Below, piece by piece: positions 57,378 to 64,000 of a stretch of DNA of 64,000 nucleotides; positions within the stretch are counted from its first letter, which is position 1; every line of letters begins with the position of its first letter. The stretch lies in assembly GCA_002104905.1 (NCBI GenBank), contig MCFE01000119.1, forward strand, positions 98,365-162,364, read 5' to 3'. Made by a program: the position numbers and the translations under genes. The stretch comes from Basidiobolus meristosporus CBS 931.73. Lineage: Eukaryota; Fungi; Basidiobolomycota. A model generated the notes under the pieces. The model saw nothing but the letters and a program-made list of their open reading frames with translations, had not been told where the DNA came from and did not search any database.

Positions 57378-58789
57378 ATGAAATCATTTTTCAACTACGA
57401 CCTGTCAAAGGTCAAGATCGGCAATTGGCGCTATAATAGCCCTCTGACCCAAGTCATTCTTATCGGCTTCGTGTGCTTCTGTTGCCCCGGTATGTTCAAC
57501 TGTATCAACGGTATGGGCGCTGGTGGTCAGATGGCTGGTGCTACCGCAACTAATGGTAACGTCGCTCTTTACTGTACTTTTGCCGTTTTCGGTGTCTTCG
57601 GTGGTGCTGTTTACAACACTGTTGGTCTTCGTCTTTGCTTATTATTTGGCGGGTTCTGCTACACTCTTTATGCTGGTTCTTTGCTTTACATGCAAAAACA
57701 TTCCTGGACGATCGACAAGGTCAATTACAATACACCCGGCGCTGAAGCATTTGTGATTACCGCATCGGCCATCCTTGGTATCGGTGCTGGTATCCTCTGG
57801 ACTGCTCAAGGTGTCATCATGATGTCTTACCCACCGAAAATGAAAAGGGAAGAAGTGTTGCTATCTTCTGGGTTATCTTCAACCTGGGTGGTGTGATGGG
57901 TGCTTGGATTCCTTTTGGCATCGAATACAACAACCCTAATGGTGGTAGTAGTTACAGTACCTACGTTGCCTTCTTGTGTATCATGTGCGTCGGTGCTGCC
58001 TTGGGAATGATGCTTCTTCCCCCTGAGAAGGTTATTCGTGATGATGGTTCCCGTGTGCAAGTGGACAAATTCGAGAATGCGCTCAAGGAAGCGAAGGGGA
58101 TTCTGATGCTCTTCATGGACAAGAACATGCTGCTGTTGACTCCTATCTCAATTGCGTCCAATTGGTTCTACACCTACCAATTCAACTGTATCAATGGCGC
58201 CATGTTTGACAGTCGTTCCAACGCATTCAACAACGCCTTTTACTGGTTCTTCCAAATGCTTGGTGCCATGATTATCGGATCATTCCTTGATTCTAAGAGG
58301 TTCAGCCGTCGCACTAGAGCTATCTATGGACTGCTGGGTGTTTACGCCTGCATCATGTGCGTCTGGGGAGGTGGTTTGGGCATGCAAGTCCAATACAGTC
58401 GCTACTCACTAGAACATGATGGCTTGGCCAAGCATATCGATATGCTACGTGACAAAAAAACTTTCTGGCCCATCTGGCTTTTGTATTCCTGCTACGGATT
58501 GCTTGATGCCTCTACACAGTCCTATGCCTACTGGATCATGGGCGCCATGACTAACGATGCATCCATGCTTGCTCGTTATGGTGGATACTACAAGGGTATC
58601 CAGTCCGCCGGTGCTGCCATTGCCTGGAGAATTGATGCCGTCAAAGCACCCTTCATTGCTGAGTTCGCTATTGCTTGGGGGCTTCTGGTACTCGCCTTCC
58701 CATTCACCTTCTATATTGCTAAAAATGTTACAGAAACTAGCAACGCTGACGAGGAGAAAGCAGATGTTAAGCCAGTCACTGCTGAATAG
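57378..58789 (+). CDS. UNC-93-like MFS transporter, split by an apparent 1-nt deletion at ~57830
   Basis: TQVILIGFVCFCCPGMFN, GAGILWTAQG, FYTYQFN, YKGIQSAGAA are typical of fungal UNC-93-like MFS proteins. Adding one base restores MMSYPTENEKGRSVAIFWVIFNLGGVMG and joins ORFs 57378 and 57893. Confidence 0.85.
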
Positions 58790-59240
58790 ACGCATGTATC
58801 ATGAGTATTAGACCATCTGGAAGCCACATGTATGCTGAGTATTAGACTTCTAGATGTAGTTTTTTTGTGTTCAAGAACGAATTCAATATCATTGTAAAAA
58901 GAGAATACCAATCAATACATAAATATCCCCAAAACGTGGTTACCAATCAAAACACCTAGCTATTGTTCTACCGATTCCTCATACTAATTATGGTAAGCCC
59001 AATCCCAAGCGTTCACCAGCCTCTTACCATACTCGGTAGATTACTGCCAACCAATCCTCACTAGTGTCCCAGCGTGTGATGCCAATGCATACTTTCCTTC
59101 TATATTTCCTATAAATCGGACCCTGGTATTGGGCACACTTCTAGAATCACATTGCTTACCTCAGCCTCGTTGGTCGTCAAATGTTCCATATCCTCCGCCC
59201 TCAAAGATTCCAAACACCCCATCTGCGGAGATTCCTATTA

Positions 59241-59333
59241 CTTCATCTCCAACGACTCTGAATGATCTTTCTTCATCTCACGACTCTGAATGATCTTCTC
59301 ATCTCCACGACTCTGAATGATCTTTCTTCATCT
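59241..59333. repeat. ~28-bp tandem repeat x3.3
   Basis: CTTCATCTC(C)ACGACTCTGAATGATCTTT units with small indels. Confidence 0.9.
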
Positions 59334-60718
59334 GGTTAGCAAGAGAGCATGAGCGGTTTTCGCCTCTTCCGGAATCCCATTTATCCCGTCTTTCCGATTC
59401 TCACGCTTCTACGCCAGGGATCGGATATATAGATCAAGCAGCATGGTATAGAGCCAAACGTGGCTTGCAAATGGTTCCAATACCATATTGCCACTAATAT
59501 CTATATCTCTCTTGATTATGTCCAATTTTGTGGTCGGAGTATCGGAGTATCCAAGAATATTCGTATTTGAATTGTGGCACTGCTGCACTATGTTTATAGC
59601 TTAAATTCCCCTTTATCAATCCAAGATTCATGAGCTGCTCGTCCCTTATATGTAGTATCTTTAGCTTGTATTTGGTAGCGACCTGGTCATTTGAGGCTGC
59701 AATATACGGAACGGAGTGGAAGCTTAATCTAGTGAGAGGCGTTTCGATAATCTTCGTTAGAATGGTATTTCGATGTTCCTAGACCCTTGGTAGCTCTGTA
59801 AAGAAAGGTAAAAGTCCCAGAATTCCACCTAATTGCGCAGAAATGAATTGTCAAGATCTAGAGTTTACGGAGGCAAGAGAAATGCGAAGTTTTTCTGACA
59901 TATTACGCAAAGCTAAGGCACAGCCAAAAAATGTTCCCGTTGTAGAATGACTGTCTATCATTGGAAAAGTGAGGGAGATTGTTAGGATTTGGCTATATGA
60001 AGCAGTGTTTGTATCAGGTGAGAGGGTATTGCTGTGAGCACACTTGTTGATGTGGAATTGTCCCACATCCATGTTGTGTAGACTATATCAGAATCGTCAA
60101 GTGGCTTGAATCTAGAATCATAGCAGGTTAAAGGGCAGGTAGGTATGTCCGGATCAATATATGCTACCACAGACTGTGTAGTTTGATTCGGATAATTGAA
60201 GTACGCTTTTGGGCCGGGTGTTCGTTCTTTGGTCTTAGTATATCATTCATCTTGGCAACATTTTACATGTTTTTGCCGTCACTATAGTAGCCGTTATGTC
60301 TGTTGATGGTCATGCAAGTACTCATGTTATACTTTAATTTTAGCCATTTTCTGCAAGCTGAAGTTGGAAGCATTATTGCAATGACTTGTGCAATGCATTA
60401 TATCATATAGAGCGTTTATTAGAGTTAGTTACTTGAATACAATTGCGTGAAGTTGGCAAAGGTGCTTGCTTGCAGTATAAACTAGAATGGGTGCTTCACG
60501 TTGATTTAGCTCACTTCTGGGAATTGATTTAGGTCGCGGCCTTTCTGTTCATTTGCCTATGTATACTAAGTATATTGCCAAGTCAAAAGCATGTCAAATT
60601 GTAAGTGGGGAAAATTGCCGTGAGTTATATACATCTACTTCCACCAACTCTGTTACTTTGATCGCAGCTAATGAACCTTAGTATATCTTACCTGAATTCT
60701 TGTTGGCATTAACCTAAT

Positions 60719-60924
60719 AGACTTGTTCCGTTGAATAGTGCCACATAGTGCCAGCCAGTCTATGGCGCTGGATTGATCTGGCACTCTACGGCACTATCTG
60801 GCACAATGAATTTTTACCATGATGCCAGTGGTAGCACACAATTAATGATAGCTTTGTTAGTTAGTACTTAGATTGCTCAGGGTAGTGCTTTAGCTGCTTT
60901 ATTTGCTCTTCATGGCGCTCTAAG
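60719..60924. mobile_element. Left end of a third Harbinger-type copy, interrupted by a Copia LTR
   Basis: AGACTTGTTCCGTTG plus subterminal ATAGTGCCACATAGTGCCAGCC, colinear with 14488-14690. Confidence 0.85.
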
Positions 60925-61552
60925 TGTTGTAAAATATTTGTAATTCCACCTAAATATTCACCTAACTTAGTCACTTGGATCATTACATTCAAATCCCAGA
61001 AAATACTGACCAAATTCCTAGCTGGGATTTACTTAGAATATTTACCCAGAACATGAAAATTAGTTAAGTTGTCCAAACAGCCCCAAGCTTTGCACACATA
61101 TTCTTAGGACCTTCCTTAACCTATTCTACGTGCTTGTAATGCCAAGACCAGGTAAAAGTATAAATACTACTTTTACATTCAATAAGTCATTAAGTGAAAA
61201 CCACATAATCTACTTGTCCTCCGAATCACTTCCTATATCTACAAGACTCTTACAACAGGTTATGAGCACCAAGCTGTCACTCTCTGCAATGTCTACTACT
61301 GCTATTACTGGAATTTTTTCTTCTGCTCAAGAGTTGGAAGGATCTAATTACCAAATGTGGAAGGTGAAGATGAAGATGCTTCTACATGAAAGAGGCCTTT
61401 GGGATATTGTCATGGGAGAAGAATGCCCTCCTACAAATGTGGGAGAGGAAGCCGTAAAGTACCAGAAGAAAGAACAAAGAGCCTTTAACTGCATTTGCCT
61501 TAATGTTAAAGACAAATAGCTAATTCAATGCTCAAGAGCAAAAACAGCAAAG
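60925..61552 (+). mobile_element. Truncated Copia copy: 5' LTR (60925-61257, ~16-bp deletion), PBS, gag start
   Basis: ORF 61130-61519 matches the Gag N-terminus; homology stops at 61552. Confidence 0.88.
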
Positions 61553-62007
61553 GGTTAGGGGAGGGAAAGTCACCAAGATAGGTGAAATCTTTATTTGATT
61601 TCAGACAAGTCTAACCACAAATAAAGAAGCCAGCTGGGAATAGAAGATTCCTAAAGCAAACACTAAGTTGAATATGAATAAATCTAAGCTAAAGTTAAGG
61701 CAGTATCCCAGAGTACACCGGAGTTCAGGTTCATAGGGGAGTGAAGTAGATAAGCTTGAGAGATATAATAATCTTTGAGGAAGTGGGTAACAGCAGGTGA
61801 AGGGGAGTTTTTAATAAGTGAAGTGAATCTTGAGAGCAGAGATTCCTCTAATGAGAAGGTCTTGTAAACTGAAGAATCAGGAAACTCCTTAAAGGCATGG
61901 TTAGTAGGGTAGGGTAGTGGGAGGAAAGTCACCAAGTGGTGAAATCTTTATTTACTTATGACAAGAATCTAAAGAAGCCAAGTTAATCTGAAGTTATTCC
62001 TAGAAAG

Positions 62008-64000
62008 TGTTGTAAAAATTTGTATTTCCACCTAAATATTCACCTAAATTAGTCACTTAGATCATCACCTTCAAATCCTAGAGAATACTGACCAAATTCC
62101 TTGTCAGGATTTACTTAGAATATTTTCACCAAAATACCAGGTACCCAGAATATGAAAATTCTCAAAGTTGTCCAAACAGCCCCAAACTTTGCACACATAT
62201 TCTTGGGACCTTCCTTAACCTATACTACGTGTTTGTAATGCCAAGACCAGGTAAAAGTATAAATACCACTTTTACATTCAATAAATCATTAAGTGAAAAC
62301 CACATAATCTACTTGTTCTCCAAATTACTTCCAATATCTCCAAGACTCTTACAACAGGTTATGAGCACCAAGCTGTCACTCTCTGCAATATCTACTACTG
62401 CTATTACTGGAATTTTTCCCTCTGCTGAAAAGTTGGATGGATCTAACTACCAAGTGTGGAAGGTGAAGATAAAGATGCTGCTGCAAGAAAGAGGCCTCTG
62501 GGATATTGTCATGGGAGAAGAATGCCCTCCTAAAAACGTGGGAGAGGAAGCCCTAAAGTACCAGAAGAAAGAACAAAGTGCCTTTAACTGCATTTGCCTT
62601 AATGTCAAGGACAAATTGCTAATTCAATGCTCAAGAGCAAAAACGGCAAAGAATGCCTGGAAAGCATTAGAAGACACCTACCAGTCATGTTCAGCTGCCA
62701 AGAAAATGTATCTGAGACAAAAATTCTTTACTACAAAGATGCTGCCAGGAGAAGAAATGAAAAATCTAATTAACAGAATTACCCTGCTGGTAGATGAGAT
62801 GGAATCTGTGGGCGTACCAACTACTGATGAGGATGTGATAGTTACCATCCTGAATAGCCTGACAGACGAGTTTCAGGGCCTTGTATCAGCCCTAGAGTCC
62901 AGAACTGAAGATTTGACCTTAAATTATGTATATGGAAGGCTCCTGGATGAAGAATTAAGAAAATCAAGTGCCAATAAGAAGGAAGAAGAAAATGCTTTAA
63001 TAAGCAATGATAACCAACAAAGGAGGTACCCAAGACCCTACAAAGGCAACAGCAACCTGTTTTGTAACTACTGCAAAAGGAAAGGACACACATCAGACCG
63101 GTGTCTCAAAAAGAAAGATAATCAGCAAAAGAAGCCTGAATATGGAAATTCTGCAACAACTGAAGATAGACTATTCATATCTGCACTAAATATGACCACA
63201 AACAAGGATTCTCAGACGTGGTATATTGACTCTGGAGCATCTCAACACTTTACACACCAAAAAGAACTTTTTACCCAATATCAAGAAATTCCAATTAAGA
63301 AGGTTTTCATGGGTGACAATAGAACACTTGATGCAGTGGGAGAAGGAACTATCCAAGTAAACCTTAGAAGCAGTGAAGGAAGCCATACACTGACCTTTAA
63401 AGAAGTACTCTATGTACCAGAAATAGCCAAGAACCTACTCTCTGTAAGCAAGGCCACAACAGAAGGACTCAGTTTCAGTTTTGACAATTCTGGATGCAGG
63501 ATCACTGATCAAAATGGTGCCCATATTGCTTTGGGCATCAGAGATCAGAATCTATACAAGTTGACTTATATTCCATCATATCTGGAAGCCAATATAAGTA
63601 ACTTAAATGAAGAAACACCAATGCTTTGGCACAGGAGATTTGGGCACATCAATTTTGATTATTTGCGTAAAATGATCAAAGATCAGCTAATTTCTGGAGT
63701 GAAAATTGATCCCCAGCTAATTTGGAGCACTGTGAAGCCTGCATATATGGGAAACAAGCCAGACAACTGTTCAAGAGCTCTGGGTTTATCAAAACTAAGA
63801 AAAAATTAGATCTAATTCACTCAGATATATAAATGCAAAATTTAACCTTAGGCGGGATGAAGTATTTAATCACTTTTATTGATGATTATACAAGATACAC
63901 ATGGGTCTACTTCATGGAGAGAAAGGAAGAAGCCCTGTCTAAGTTCAGGGAGTTTAAAGCCATGGTGGAGAGAGAAACTGGTGAAAAAATCAAGAAAATA
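62008..64000 (+). mobile_element. Young but damaged Copia copy running off the window end
   Basis: LTR 62008-62356, PBS, gag-PR-pre-integrase ORF 62229-63809. Frameshift from C5>C4 at ~63713 and a short deletion/rearrangement near 63825-63835. Confidence 0.92.

Noticed and set aside
59700-60200. Short minus ORFs with a C..L.N pattern like a DDE_Tnp_4 C-terminus
   Set aside because: No catalytic motifs and too degraded to support a call.
1-64000. tRNA, rRNA and CRISPR arrays
   Set aside because: None recognised. The only tRNA-like matches are retrotransposon primer-binding sites, and the tandem repeats lack spacers.

Overview
Eukaryotic, most likely fungal, genomic window (GT-AG introns with GCTAAC-type branch sites; fungal-type cyclin, NBP2-like SH3 gene, P2C-like ATPase, UNC-93-like MFS; an early-diverging lineage is an inference). 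It alternates between CpG-depleted transposon islands (~1-32000, ~43400-45300, ~49500-56300, ~60700-64000) and CpG-normal gene islands. One Ty1/Copia family dominates: two intact 4687-bp copies with identical 350-bp LTR pairs and 5-bp TSDs (23425-28111 minus; 50620-55306 plus), plus many decayed, solo and nested copies. A decayed Ty3/Gypsy element and a two-ORF PIF/Harbinger-type DNA transposon are nested in an older Copia, and TSDs give the insertion order. Host genes: PHO80/PCL-type cyclin, GnT-I/II-like glycosyltransferase, Na/K-type P-type ATPase, NBP2-like SH3 protein, WD40 protein, UNC-93-like MFS (1-nt frameshift) and one unassigned multi-exon gene. Best lead: the Copia has a Ty5-like half-tRNAiMet primer site, an LISSPP motif in the integrase C-terminal linker (Ty5 heterochromatin-targeting motif is LDSSPP), and repeated insertion into CpG-eroded copies of itself. 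This suggests a Ty5-like silent-chromatin targeting system outside Saccharomyces. All alignments and counts were done by eye; no searches were run.
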